Assembly (NCBI GenBank): GCA_041746235.1
Contig: JBGTHN010000322.1
Location: forward strand, 1 to 27,270
Length of the DNA stretch: 27,270 nucleotides
Direction: 5' to 3'
Origin: Pyrinomonadaceae bacterium
GTDB taxonomy: Bacteria; Acidobacteriota; Blastocatellia; Pyrinomonadales; Pyrinomonadaceae
The notes beneath the pieces are model-generated. The model was not told the origin of the DNA. It did no database searches and was given only the letters and a program-made list of their open reading frames with translations. The position numbers and the translations under genes were made by a program. Within the stretch, counting starts at the first letter, position 1. Each line of letters opens with the position of its first letter. Of this stretch, positions 8,603 to 16,785 are shown piece by piece.

Positions 8603-9922
8603 ATGTTAGACCTACATTTTGTCAGAGAGAATTTAGAAAAGGTAAAAGAAGCATTTGAAAAACGTCATTTTGAGACGGATGCTCTTGAAACTTTTGTCGC
8701 ATTGGATAAAGAACGCCGTGAAGTTATCAGCGAATCGGATGAAATAAATCATCGAAGAAACTCTTCAAGCAAAGAGATCGGTGCGTTAATGCAAGCCGGA
8801 AAACGCGATGAAGCCGAAGCAAAAAAAGCGGAAGTTTCAGACTTAAAAGAGAAACAAAAAGACTTGGACAATAAGCGAACCGAAGTTGAAGCGAAAATGG
8901 AAGAACTTCTCGCAGGTTTGCCGAATATTCCGGCGGACGATGTTCCGGTCGGCGTAGATGAATCCCACAATAAAGAAGTTTCGGTTTGGGGCGAAGCTCG
9001 CGGTTTTGATTTTGAAGTTAAAGACCACGTTGATCTCGGCGAAAATTTAGGGATTTTGGATTTGGAACGTGCCGCCAAAATTACCGGTGCAAGATTTGCG
9101 ATACTTAATGGAAAAGGTGCGAGATTAGAGCGAGCGTTGGTTAATTTTATGCTCGAAGTTCACACCGAACAGCACGGCTATAAAGAAACTTTGCCACCGT
9201 TTATTGTAAACCAACACGCATTATTTGGAACATCTAATCTGCCAAAGTTTGAAAAAGATTTGTTCAAACTCGTCAGAGAAGATGAAGAAGAAATAGATGA
9301 AAAAGACTTAAAAAACTACTATCTGATTCCGACTGCAGAAGTTCCTGTAACCAATTATCACGCAGGTGAAATTCTTGACGCAAAAGATCTGCCGATGAAG
9401 TGGACGGCTTACACGCCTTGTTTTCGTTCGGAAGCGGGAAGTTATGGGCGTGATACAAGAGGTTTGATTCGTCAGCATCAGTTTGAAAAGGTTGAACTTG
9501 TAAAATACTGTCTGCCCGAAAATTCAAATGAAGAACACGATAAATTAACTGCAAATGCGGAAACAATTCTGCAAATGCTTAATTTGCCGTATCGCAAAGT
9601 TATTTTATCAACGGGCGATCTCGGTTTCGGTTCACACAAAACTTATGATCTCGAAGTCTGGCTTCCATCGCAAAATACGTATCGTGAAATCTCAAGTTGC
9701 TCGAACTTCGGCGATTTCCAAGCACGTCGTATGAACTTACGTTTCCGACGTGCGGGCGGAGCAAAACCTGAATTTGTTCATACTTTAAATGGTTCGGGAT
9801 TAGCGGTTGGAAGAACTTGGATAGCAATCCTCGAAAATTATCAGCAAGCTGACGGAAGCATTGTAATTCCCGAAGTTTTGCGACCGTTTATGAATGGTTT
9901 GGAAAAGATCGAAGCGGAATAA
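8603..9922 (+). CDS. serS: Serine--tRNA ligase
   Basis: [10 protein letters not shown] coiled-coil arm, [58 protein letters not shown]. Confidence 0.99.
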   Translation: MLDLHFVRENLEKVKEAFEKRHFETDALETFVALDKERREVISESDEINHRRNSSSKEIGALMQAGKRDEAEAKKAEVSDLKEKQKDLDNKRTEVEAKMEELLAGLPNIPADDVPVGVDESHNKEVSVWGEARGFDFEVKDHVDLGENLGILDLERAAKITGARFAILNGKGARLERALVNFMLEVHTEQHGYKETLPPFIVNQHALFGTSNLPKFEKDLFKLVREDEEEIDEKDLKNYYLIPTAEVPVTNYHAGEILDAKDLPMKWTAYTPCFRSEAGSYGRDTRGLIRQHQFEKVELVKYCLPENSNEEHDKLTANAETILQMLNLPYRKVILSTGDLGFGSHKTYDLEVWLPSQNTYREISSCSNFGDFQARRMNLRFRRAGGAKPEFVHTLNGSGLAVGRTWIAILENYQQADGSIVIPEVLRPFMNGLEKIEAE

Positions 9923-9933
9923 AACAGAAATTG

Positions 9934-10017
9934 TTAACAGGGATGAAGAGGATGAAAAGGATAAGTTTATATAAAACTATTTTTAAAATCCCTGTTAATC
10001 TCCTTAATCCCTGTTAA
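9934..10017. repeat. Palindromic element of inverted 9-10-mer arrays (ACAGGGATG.../...ATCCCTGTT) downstream of serS
   Basis: TTAACAGGGAT 9934-9944 is the reverse complement of ATCCCTGTTAA at 9988-9998 and 10007-10017. Degenerate GGAT/ATCC units lie on each side. Confidence 0.75.
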
Positions 10018-10093
10018 ATGTTTTTCTTTTTTCGTGTTCTTTCGCCTTTATTCGCGGGAAACTTCTTAATTCTATTAAAATAATCATTTTGAA

Positions 10094-10125
10094 TTGACAG
10101 TGTAATTACGATGTAGTTACACTGT
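10094..10125 (+). promoter_or_regulatory. Sigma70 promoter with overlapping TA operator palindrome
   Basis: TTGACA 10094-10099, 18-nt spacer, TACACT 10118-10123. Inverted repeat ACAGTGTAATTAC-GAT-GTAGTTACACTGT (12/13) covers both elements. Confidence 0.8.
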
Positions 10126-10130
10126 TTTTT

Positions 10131-10379
10131 ATGAAAACACAGATTATAAAGATCGGTAATTCAAAAGGGATCAGGATTCCGAAACCGCTTCTTGAACAAA
10201 GCAATTTGGACGGCGAGGTTGAACTCGAAGTTTGTGATGAAGGTTTGTTAATAAAATCTTCAAGCAAGCCTCGTCATAATTGGGCGAAAGCATTTAAAGA
10301 AATGTCGGAAAATGACGGTGATGAACTAATCATTAACGATGCTACAAACAAATTTGAGGAGGAAGATTGGCGATGGTAA
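10131..10379 (+). CDS. mazE: AbrB/MazE/SpoVT-family antitoxin
   Basis: MKTQIIKIGNSKGIRIPK swapped-hairpin signature and acidic C-terminus ending EEEDWRW; overlaps the toxin start. Confidence 0.93.
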   Translation: MKTQIIKIGNSKGIRIPKPLLEQSNLDGEVELEVCDEGLLIKSSSKPRHNWAKAFKEMSENDGDELIINDATNKFEEEDWRW

Positions 10380-10693
10380 AACGCTTTGAGATATATCTAT
10401 TTAATTTAGACACAAATTCCCCCGATGATGCAAAGAACACACGCCCGTGCGTTGTTATTTCGCCCGACGAAATGAACAAACACATCGAATCGGTAATTAT
10501 CGCTCCGATCTCTTCTGCCGATAAAAATTATCCAACCCGCATAAATTTTGAATTCCTACATAAAAAACGAGCGGTTGTCTTAGACCAAATTCATACGGTT
10601 GATAAAGACCGTTTGGTTAAAAAGATCGGCGAAATAAAAGGAAGTGCAAAAAGAAAAATTTCTGATGTTTTACAGGAAATGTTTTCAATTTAA
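10373..10693 (+). CDS. mazF: PemK/MazF-family endoribonuclease toxin with divergent active-site loop (alternative TTG start at 10367)
   Basis: TRPCVVISPDEMN, VIIAP, YPTRI, VVLDQIHTVDKDRLVKKIG; translationally coupled to the antitoxin. Confidence 0.9.
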   Translation: MVKRFEIYLFNLDTNSPDDAKNTRPCVVISPDEMNKHIESVIIAPISSADKNYPTRINFEFLHKKRAVVLDQIHTVDKDRLVKKIGEIKGSAKRKISDVLQEMFSI

Positions 10694-11502
10694 TCTTTCT
10701 TTTTTGCAATAATTCCGATCATCGGCGGTGTAAAGAAGAATGCGGCGGGATCGTTTTTTGCTTTTTCCCATTCTCTTTCAAAATCTACTCTCTGCTGTTC
10801 GCTCCAAATTCCTTGCTCAACCAATGTCGGAATAGAAACTTCGTTAAATAATTCAACCCATTTCCACGTTCTCGAATTTGGGCGGGCGATTCGGCAGATC
10901 GGGTTTAGAGTTTCTATTTCAAAACCATTTTTGACGATCAGTTCGGGCAGAATTTCGCCGATGTTGTAGCTTCCTTTGTGTGATGTAACGATTTGCAGAT
11001 ACGCTTTGAAAAGTGCGGATAAGGCTTCATTTCGTGGGAAAATATTCGCCGCTAAATAGTTAAAATAATCAATGATTATAAGTTTGCCGTTCGGTTTTAA
11101 GACTCGTTTGATCTCGGCGAGAACTTTATCAGGATCTTCCAAAAAGCAAAAAAGCCAACGTGCAAAAACTGCATCGGCGGAAGAATCTTCCAAACTCAGT
11201 TCGTCGGCATAATCTTGGTGAAAAGAAATATTTTTATTGTTGGATATTGCGATCTTTTCTTTTATGACCGAAGCGAATTTATCGGATGAATCAACCGCGA
11301 AAATATGTCCGTTTGAACCGACCAAATTTGATAAAGGAAAAGTGCAGAAACCGGGACCGCAACCTAAATCTACGACCGTGTTTCCATAAGAAATTTCCGC
11401 CGAATTCCAAAGGGCAGTTGTTTCATCAAACCAAACTTCATTTTGATATGCGAGCCGTTCGATCTCGCGTTCGGACGAGCCGAGAATGTATTCTTTTGAC
11501 AT
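10690..11502 (-). CDS. Class I SAM-dependent methyltransferase
   Basis: VVDLGCGPG motif I, IFAVDSS, ADAVFARW, LKPNGKLIIID. 4-bp convergent overlap (TTAA) with mazF. Confidence 0.9.
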   Translation of the reverse strand: MSKEYILGSSEREIERLAYQNEVWFDETTALWNSAEISYGNTVVDLGCGPGFCTFPLSNLVGSNGHIFAVDSSDKFASVIKEKIAISNNKNISFHQDYADELSLEDSSADAVFARWLFCFLEDPDKVLAEIKRVLKPNGKLIIIDYFNYLAANIFPRNEALSALFKAYLQIVTSHKGSYNIGEILPELIVKNGFEIETLNPICRIARPNSRTWKWVELFNEVSIPTLVEQGIWSEQQRVDFEREWEKAKNDPAAFFFTPPMIGIIAKKKD

Positions 11503-11514
11503 AATATTAAATAG

Positions 11515-11548
11515 AAAAAGCGATATGTAATAAGTTTTACATATCGCT
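11515..11548 (-). terminator. Intrinsic terminator-like hairpin after sppA
   Basis: Perfect 12-bp stem AGCGATATGTAA (11519-11530) / TTACATATCGCT (11537-11548), 6-nt loop, followed on the minus strand by TTTTCTATTT. Confidence 0.7.
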
Positions 11549-11575
11549 CAAAATTATAAAAATTTCCGTTTGAAA

Positions 11576-13375
11576 TTATTTAATTTGCAGATCATATGGC
11601 AGAACGAGCATCGCTTCGCCGTTTTTCATTTTGTCGAACATTTGTGCAAATCGGAGTGATCGTCGGACATCTTCGGGGAGTGATTTGATGACGGCTTCTT
11701 GTGCAATTTGCTCTTGTGTTTTTGTTTCGACAGATGCGTTGCCCGAACCGAAAAATGTTTCGAGAAGCGATGGCGGTTGCGGCATATTTACGCGGGTAAC
11801 ATCTTGGTCGGCGGGAAGTTTGGCGAGACCTTTGGCGATCTCGATGGCTTTTTCTAATCCGCCGAGTTCGTCAACCAATCCGTTTTCTTTAGCTTGTCTG
11901 CCCGTCCAAACGTGACCTTGACCGATTGCGTTGACGGCTTCTTCCGTCATATTTCTGCCTTTGGCGACCTTTGGAACAAAATCCTTGTAATAAATATTGT
12001 CTGCCTGTTCTTGAAATTTTGCACGCTCGTCTTCCGTCCAACTTTCGGTTTCGCGGAAAAGTCCCGCATTTTTTCCACGCAAGACATATTCATTTGTAAC
12101 GCCGAGCCAATCGTAGAAACCTTTGACATTCGGTTTGCCCATAAATACGCCGATCGAACCTGTTAAAACAGAAGGTTCGGCGACAATTTTATTTGCGTTG
12201 CAGGAAATATAGTAACCGCCCGAAGCGGCGTAATCTGCCATTGAAACAACGACGGGTTTTTTCTTTTTGGCATTTTCGATAGCGTGCCACATCAGATCGG
12301 AAGCGAGTGCCGAACCGCCCGGACTGTCAACCCGCAAGACGATTGCTTTGATGGATTCATCTTCGGCGGCTTGATTGACGGATTCGATGATCGTGTCAGC
12401 ACCAACCATATTTCCACCAAACGGACTCGAACTTGAACGTCCCGTATTGATCGCTCCCGAAGCATATATCACGGCGATTCGACTACCGTTATTTATGCCG
12501 AGCGAACTCGGTTCAATTTCGCTATATGTAGAACTTTCAACTGTACGGAGTTTATCTTCGCCTTTATAGCCGAGTTGTTTCCGCATATCTTCATAAAGTT
12601 CGTCACGGTATTTTGCACCGTCAACCAATCCTAAATCTTTGGCGGCAGTCGCACGATGCGGTGCGGTATCAATAATTTCTTTGACTCTTTCAGTGTCTAA
12701 TTTGCGGTCTTCGGCAATTGAATTAACGAGGTTTGCATAAAGATCGTCCAAAATCGCGTTGATGACTTCGCGTTGACCTTCGGACATTTCTTTTTCCGTA
12801 TATTGATCGGGTGCGTTTTTGTATTTGCCGATCTTGATAACTTCGGGTGTGATGCCTAATTTATCGAGCGAACCGCGATAGAACATAGCATTTGCGGCGA
12901 AACCGTTGATGTATATGTCACTTGTCGGCGACATATAAACTTTGTCGGCAGCGGAAGCGATGTAATATTCCTTGTTCATCGCCAGTTCCGAATAGGCGTA
13001 GATCGGTTTGCCGGAAGTCTTGAAATCCTTGATCGCTCCACGCAATTCGTCGGCTTTTCCCCAACCAATTCCGGTCATTTCAATATCTAGCAAAACCGCA
13101 CCGATGCGTGAATCAACTTTTGCTTTACGAAGTTGGGTTAAAAGATTTGTAAATGATTCAGGTTGGCTGATTCCGAAAACCTGTCCCAAAGGGTCTTTTG
13201 GTGCATAATCGGGAAGTTCGCCCGAAACTTTCAAAACCAAAACGCTGTTTTCTTCAACGCTCGGTTTACCGACGCTTTCAAGCACTATTGCGATTCCGAT
13301 AATTGAAACCAAAACTAAGGCGAATAGAACTCCGCCGATGATGAGAAGTGTTTTTGCTGTCTTAGACATTGCCAT
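11576..13375 (-). CDS. sppA: Signal peptide peptidase SppA (protease IV, long two-domain form)
   Basis: 599 aa with N-terminal anchor, GKYKNA (catalytic Lys region), RVDSPGGS, SMADYAASGGYY (catalytic Ser), TGSIGV, GHVWTG. Confidence 0.96.
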   Translation of the reverse strand: MAMSKTAKTLLIIGGVLFALVLVSIIGIAIVLESVGKPSVEENSVLVLKVSGELPDYAPKDPLGQVFGISQPESFTNLLTQLRKAKVDSRIGAVLLDIEMTGIGWGKADELRGAIKDFKTSGKPIYAYSELAMNKEYYIASAADKVYMSPTSDIYINGFAANAMFYRGSLDKLGITPEVIKIGKYKNAPDQYTEKEMSEGQREVINAILDDLYANLVNSIAEDRKLDTERVKEIIDTAPHRATAAKDLGLVDGAKYRDELYEDMRKQLGYKGEDKLRTVESSTYSEIEPSSLGINNGSRIAVIYASGAINTGRSSSSPFGGNMVGADTIIESVNQAAEDESIKAIVLRVDSPGGSALASDLMWHAIENAKKKKPVVVSMADYAASGGYYISCNANKIVAEPSVLTGSIGVFMGKPNVKGFYDWLGVTNEYVLRGKNAGLFRETESWTEDERAKFQEQADNIYYKDFVPKVAKGRNMTEEAVNAIGQGHVWTGRQAKENGLVDELGGLEKAIEIAKGLAKLPADQDVTRVNMPQPPSLLETFFGSGNASVETKTQEQIAQEAVIKSLPEDVRRSLRFAQMFDKMKNGEAMLVLPYDLQIK

Positions 13376-13427
13376 ATTTTATAAAATTATCTCCACGTAA
13401 AACTTTATCGGTTTTCTTTTAAATGTA

Positions 13428-13469
13428 AAAACCTGTTCTTACTTACGTTAAGAAGTTAGAAAAGGTTTT
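13428..13469. promoter_or_regulatory. 17-bp imperfect inverted repeat upstream of sppA that contains an ECF-like AAAC-N17-CGTAA on the minus strand
   Basis: AAAACCTGTTCTTACTT / AAGTTAGAAAAGGTTTT (15/17). Minus strand reads CAAAAC-CTTTTCTAACTTCTTAA-CGTAA. Confidence 0.4.
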
Positions 13470-13506
13470 GAATCGGAGTTTAGACCTCTCTAAACTCACT
13501 CCCAGT

Positions 13507-14370
13507 TTAAAATAATGAGCCTTGATTTATCAAAATACTTGGATGAATTGGATGTTGATCGAGTAATTTTTTGAGTTTGTTGGAACTTATCGGTGCGTTT
13601 CCTTCAAAAAAATTACTGAAATAAATATAGATTTTTTTGGATTTTATATCTTCGATCTGCTCTTTCCAGATTTCAAGAAGTGTGTGTTCATTGCGATAAA
13701 CTTTGTCGAAACTCGTCAGATCGCGTTCGCCCATAAAACGTACGTAGGCAAAATCATTTTTCACTTTATGTAATGCCATAAAAAACATTTCACGCGGAAT
13801 CCAAGAGCCTTCGCATAAACAAAGGGCGACATTGTTTTTTTCGAGTTCTTGAAAAGTCCAATCTATCATCCAATCACGATGACGAAATTCGATGGCAAAA
13901 TTTATGTCTTTGGGAAGTTGTTTTAAAAATTCCCGCAATGTTTGAGCATTGGATTTACTGCCGTCAAAACTCGGCGGCATCTGAATCAAAACTGTGGCGA
14001 GTTTTTCTTTGAGGTCTCTTATTTTCTCGCAGAAATTTTCCAGAACAATATATGAAAGTTCCCTTAATTCGTGAATGTGCGTAATTTCCTGCGGCATTTT
14101 TAGCGAGAAAGTAAAATTTTCGGGAGTTTTTTTATACCAATTTTCGATAGTTGAAGTTGGTGGAATCGCATAAAATGTCGAATCAACTTCGATCGTGTCA
14201 AAAATCTCCGCATAAAGCCCGAGCATTTCATTGGGCTTTGTTCCACGAGGAAAAAAAATCGTGTTGCCACCCGCTTTTGTGATCCAATCGGGATAATTCC
14301 AACCCTGACAACCGATCTCGATTTTGGGTTTTGGATTTTGGATTTTGGATTTGCTTTTATCTTTAGACAT
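13507..14370 (-). CDS. DUF72 (YecE-like) domain protein
   Basis: IGCQGWNY, TIEVDSTFY, FTFSLK, LIQMPP, EFRHRDW, YVRFMG, YFSN are the DUF72 motifs. Confidence 0.93.
   Translation of the reverse strand: MSKDKSKSKIQNPKPKIEIGCQGWNYPDWITKAGGNTIFFPRGTKPNEMLGLYAEIFDTIEVDSTFYAIPPTSTIENWYKKTPENFTFSLKMPQEITHIHELRELSYIVLENFCEKIRDLKEKLATVLIQMPPSFDGSKSNAQTLREFLKQLPKDINFAIEFRHRDWMIDWTFQELEKNNVALCLCEGSWIPREMFFMALHKVKNDFAYVRFMGERDLTSFDKVYRNEHTLLEIWKEQIEDIKSKKIYIYFSNFFEGNAPISSNKLKKLLDQHPIHPSILINQGSLF
14320..14353. repeat. Heptamer array (GATTTTG) x about 4.7 inside the DUF72 5' coding region
   Basis: GATTTTG GGTTTTG GATTTTG GATTTTG GATTTG; encodes KSKIQNPKPKI. Confidence 0.9.
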
Positions 14371-14414
14371 CTCGTGAAAATTTTATGAGATTGTAATAAA
14401 TAAGACAACTGATT

Positions 14415-14556
14415 GGAAGGTAAGCGGCTCGCTTGCAATGAGTGCGAAGCACGAAAAAGACTTGGCGAACTTTAAAGATTAACTGAATCCTTAAAGTTCG
14501 CCATATTTTCTTTCGCGTTTAAGAAACGCTCATTGCAAGCGGGACGCGTGCGTTCC
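14415..14556. repeat. REP/REPIN-like composite: two inverted REP-like copies flanking an 18-bp hairpin
   Basis: CGCTTGCAATGAG at 14430-14442 and its exact reverse complement at 14529-14541; homology extends to GGAA at 14415 and 14556. Confidence 0.7.
14463..14503. terminator. Long hairpin (probable terminator or mRNA-stabilising stem) after the methyltransferase
   Basis: TGGCGAACTTTAAAGATT-AACTG-AATCCTTAAAGTTCGCCA (17/18 paired), with T-rich tails on both strands. Confidence 0.65.
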
Positions 14557-15141
14557 GACCGAAGGCACTTCGCAAATAATCAAATTTATGATACCAAATG
14601 ATTTCTTTTTTATTTCTATAATTTTTAGTCCAGATTCTTCGGCGATCTTTGCGGTTTGGCGATTAAAATGATCTTCGAACAAAGCAACTGTCAGGACATT
14701 CAGAACGTCAAAGAAATAACCGAACAAACCATTCGGACGAACATGCTCCAGCAGTATTATTTTGTCCTTTGCTTTGAGAACTCTTTGTAGTTCGGCAAAG
14801 GCTTTTTTAGGGTTTGGGATGGAACAAAAGACGAGTGTTGCAAAGGCGGCATCAAAGGAATTATCGGGAAAAGGAAGATTCTCGGCATCGGTTTGAATTA
14901 GGTTTATTGAAGTTGTTTTGGTTTTTGCAACTTCAAGCATTTTTATTGAAATTTCACTTACAACGGCGTGTTGGCAATTTGGATAATGCTTGAAATTTAA
15001 ACCCGTTCCTGCACCGATCTCAAGAATTCTGGCGTTTTCGGGCAGATAAGACAAAGTTTCCGCACGCCATTTATTGAGAAACCAATTCTCAAATGGAGCG
15101 AGTGCTTTGTCGTAGCCTTTGGCGAATTTGTCGTAGAGCAT
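14530..15141 (-). CDS. Class I SAM-dependent methyltransferase (UbiE/PmtA-like, type 11)
   Basis: ILEIGAGTGLN, DAENLPFPDNSFD, LVFCSIP, ILLEHVR. True start is likely MLYDKF at 15141; the ORF-track extension is translated heptamer repeat. Confidence 0.9.
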   Translation of the reverse strand: MLYDKFAKGYDKALAPFENWFLNKWRAETLSYLPENARILEIGAGTGLNFKHYPNCQHAVVSEISIKMLEVAKTKTTSINLIQTDAENLPFPDNSFDAAFATLVFCSIPNPKKAFAELQRVLKAKDKIILLEHVRPNGLFGYFFDVLNVLTVALFEDHFNRQTAKIAEESGLKIIEIKKKSFGIINLIICEVPSVGTHASRLQ

Positions 15142-15152
15142 TTTTAAATAGT

Positions 15153-15280
15153 GGATAATGAATAATAGATAATGGATAATAAAATTTGTGAATAGAATCT
15201 TAATAATGTTCAGATATTTTATAATGCAAAAAGCATTCATTATTCACTATCCATTATCCATTATCCACTATCCACTATTA
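15153..15280. repeat. Inverted heptamer arrays (GGATAAT x4 / ATTATCC-type x6) in the divergent intergenic region
   Basis: Units at 15153-15180 and reverse-complement units at 15239-15280, separated by 58 bp. Confidence 0.88.
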
Positions 15281-15300
15281 TCTGATATATTCAAATACTT

Positions 15301-16710
15301 ATGGCGAAGAAGGGAACAGTTTTAATTTGTGATGATGAAGAGATAATGCGTGACGTTCTGGAAACGGTGCTTTCCGGTGCGGGATATAAGGTTGATCTAG
15401 CGAAGACGGGCGAAGAAGCCATCGAAGCCTACGAAAACAAACCTTATGATGTCGTGTTGATGGACGTTTCGATGCCCGGAATGGGCGGATTGACGGCACT
15501 TGAAGAACTCATAAAATTCGATGAAAACGCAGTTATTTTAATGATCACGGCGTTTGCGACTTTTGATACGGCAATTTCTGCATGGGAAAAAGGTGCAAAA
15601 GGTTGTATTCGCAAACCTTTTAAGAACGAACAAATTCTTGCACTCGTTGCCAGAGGAATCAGAACACGCCGCAATGAAGAAGAGCGTGTAACTCTGCGTC
15701 AGGTGATGGCGAGTTCCGTTCAAAGAGATTCGATCATCGGGCGTTCGGAGAAAATGGACGAGATATTTCGTTTGATCGAACGGATCGCTCCGGCACGTTC
15801 GACGGTTTTAATTACGGGTGAATCGGGAACGGGAAAAGAACTTGTTGCCAAAGCGATACATCAATCAAGCGGACGTTCCGACAAGCCTTTTGTTCCCGTA
15901 AATTGTTCGAATATTCCATCCGATCTGCTTGAATCAGAACTTTTTGGTCATACGAAAGGTGCATTTACAGGAGCAGTCGGAGCAAAAAAAGGACTTTTTG
16001 AAGTAGCGGATACGGGGACTATTTTTCTCGACGAAATTGGTGATCTGCGACCTGAAACGCAAGTTCGTCTGCTTCGTGTCATTCAAGAAAGAGAATTCAC
16101 TCCACTTGGCGAAACGACTCCGGTTAGTGTAGATGTTCGAATAATTGCGGCGACTAATATTGATCTTAAAGAGGCAGTTAAAAACGGTATGTTTCGTGAA
16201 GACTTATACTATCGCTTGTCGGTCGTGCCGATGGAATTGCCGTCTTTAAGAGAAAGAAAACAGGATATATTACCGCTTACCAAACATTTCATACAAAAAT
16301 ATAACGAGGAAAACGGACGGGAAATATCGCAAAATATATCGCCTGATGTGTTGGCTTTATTGGAAACCTACTATTATCCGGGAAATGTGCGGGAACTTGA
16401 AAATATCATTGAAAGAGCGGTTGTAATTGCTCCGACGGATGAAATTACGAGAGAATGTTTGCGTCCCGAAGTCTTAAATCCCGAACTTGCACAGGAAATG
16501 ATAAAAGACAGCAGCGGAACTTCGGCAAAGATAGATATTGCTCAAGGGCTTACATTTTACGATGAAGTCAAAAGGTTTGAAATTGATTTGATTCAAAGAG
16601 CATTAGATCAAACAAGCGGACATCAATCGCGTGCCGCAAGGCTTTTAGGCTTAAATGCCACGACTCTTAATTCCAAGATAAAAAGCTATAATATATTGCC
16701 ACGAAGCTAG
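15301..16710 (+). CDS. Sigma54-dependent response regulator (NtrC/AtoC family: REC, AAA+, Fis-type HTH)
   Basis: ICDDE...DVSMPG receiver, GESGTGKE Walker A, intact GAFTGA, FLDEIG Walker B, FREDLYYRL, PGNVRELEN, C-terminal AARLLGL HTH. Confidence 0.97.
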   Translation: MAKKGTVLICDDEEIMRDVLETVLSGAGYKVDLAKTGEEAIEAYENKPYDVVLMDVSMPGMGGLTALEELIKFDENAVILMITAFATFDTAISAWEKGAKGCIRKPFKNEQILALVARGIRTRRNEEERVTLRQVMASSVQRDSIIGRSEKMDEIFRLIERIAPARSTVLITGESGTGKELVAKAIHQSSGRSDKPFVPVNCSNIPSDLLESELFGHTKGAFTGAVGAKKGLFEVADTGTIFLDEIGDLRPETQVRLLRVIQEREFTPLGETTPVSVDVRIIAATNIDLKEAVKNGMFREDLYYRLSVVPMELPSLRERKQDILPLTKHFIQKYNEENGREISQNISPDVLALLETYYYPGNVRELENIIERAVVIAPTDEITRECLRPEVLNPELAQEMIKDSSGTSAKIDIAQGLTFYDEVKRFEIDLIQRALDQTSGHQSRAARLLGLNATTLNSKIKSYNILPRS

Positions 16711-16719
16711 AAAACTATA

Positions 16720-16764
16720 AAAAAATAGGAACTGTTTATTGTTTATAAACAGTTCCTATTTTTT
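16720..16764. terminator. Bidirectional intrinsic terminator between convergent genes
   Basis: Perfect 20-bp stem AAAAAATAGGAACTGTTTAT / ATAAACAGTTCCTATTTTTT with a 5-nt loop. Confidence 0.9.
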
Positions 16765-16785
16765 ATTTATCGGTAAAAATGAATT

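Noticed and set aside
13476-13497. GAGTTTAGA-CCTC-TCTAAACTC hairpin as the DUF72 terminator
   Set aside because: The 9-bp stem is real but has no U tract on the coding strand, so its function cannot be assigned.
15142-15240. N-terminal extension of the methyltransferase in the ORF track (MNAFCII...IIHYLLFIIHY)
   Set aside because: It is the translation of the heptamer array; the domain begins at MLYDKF.
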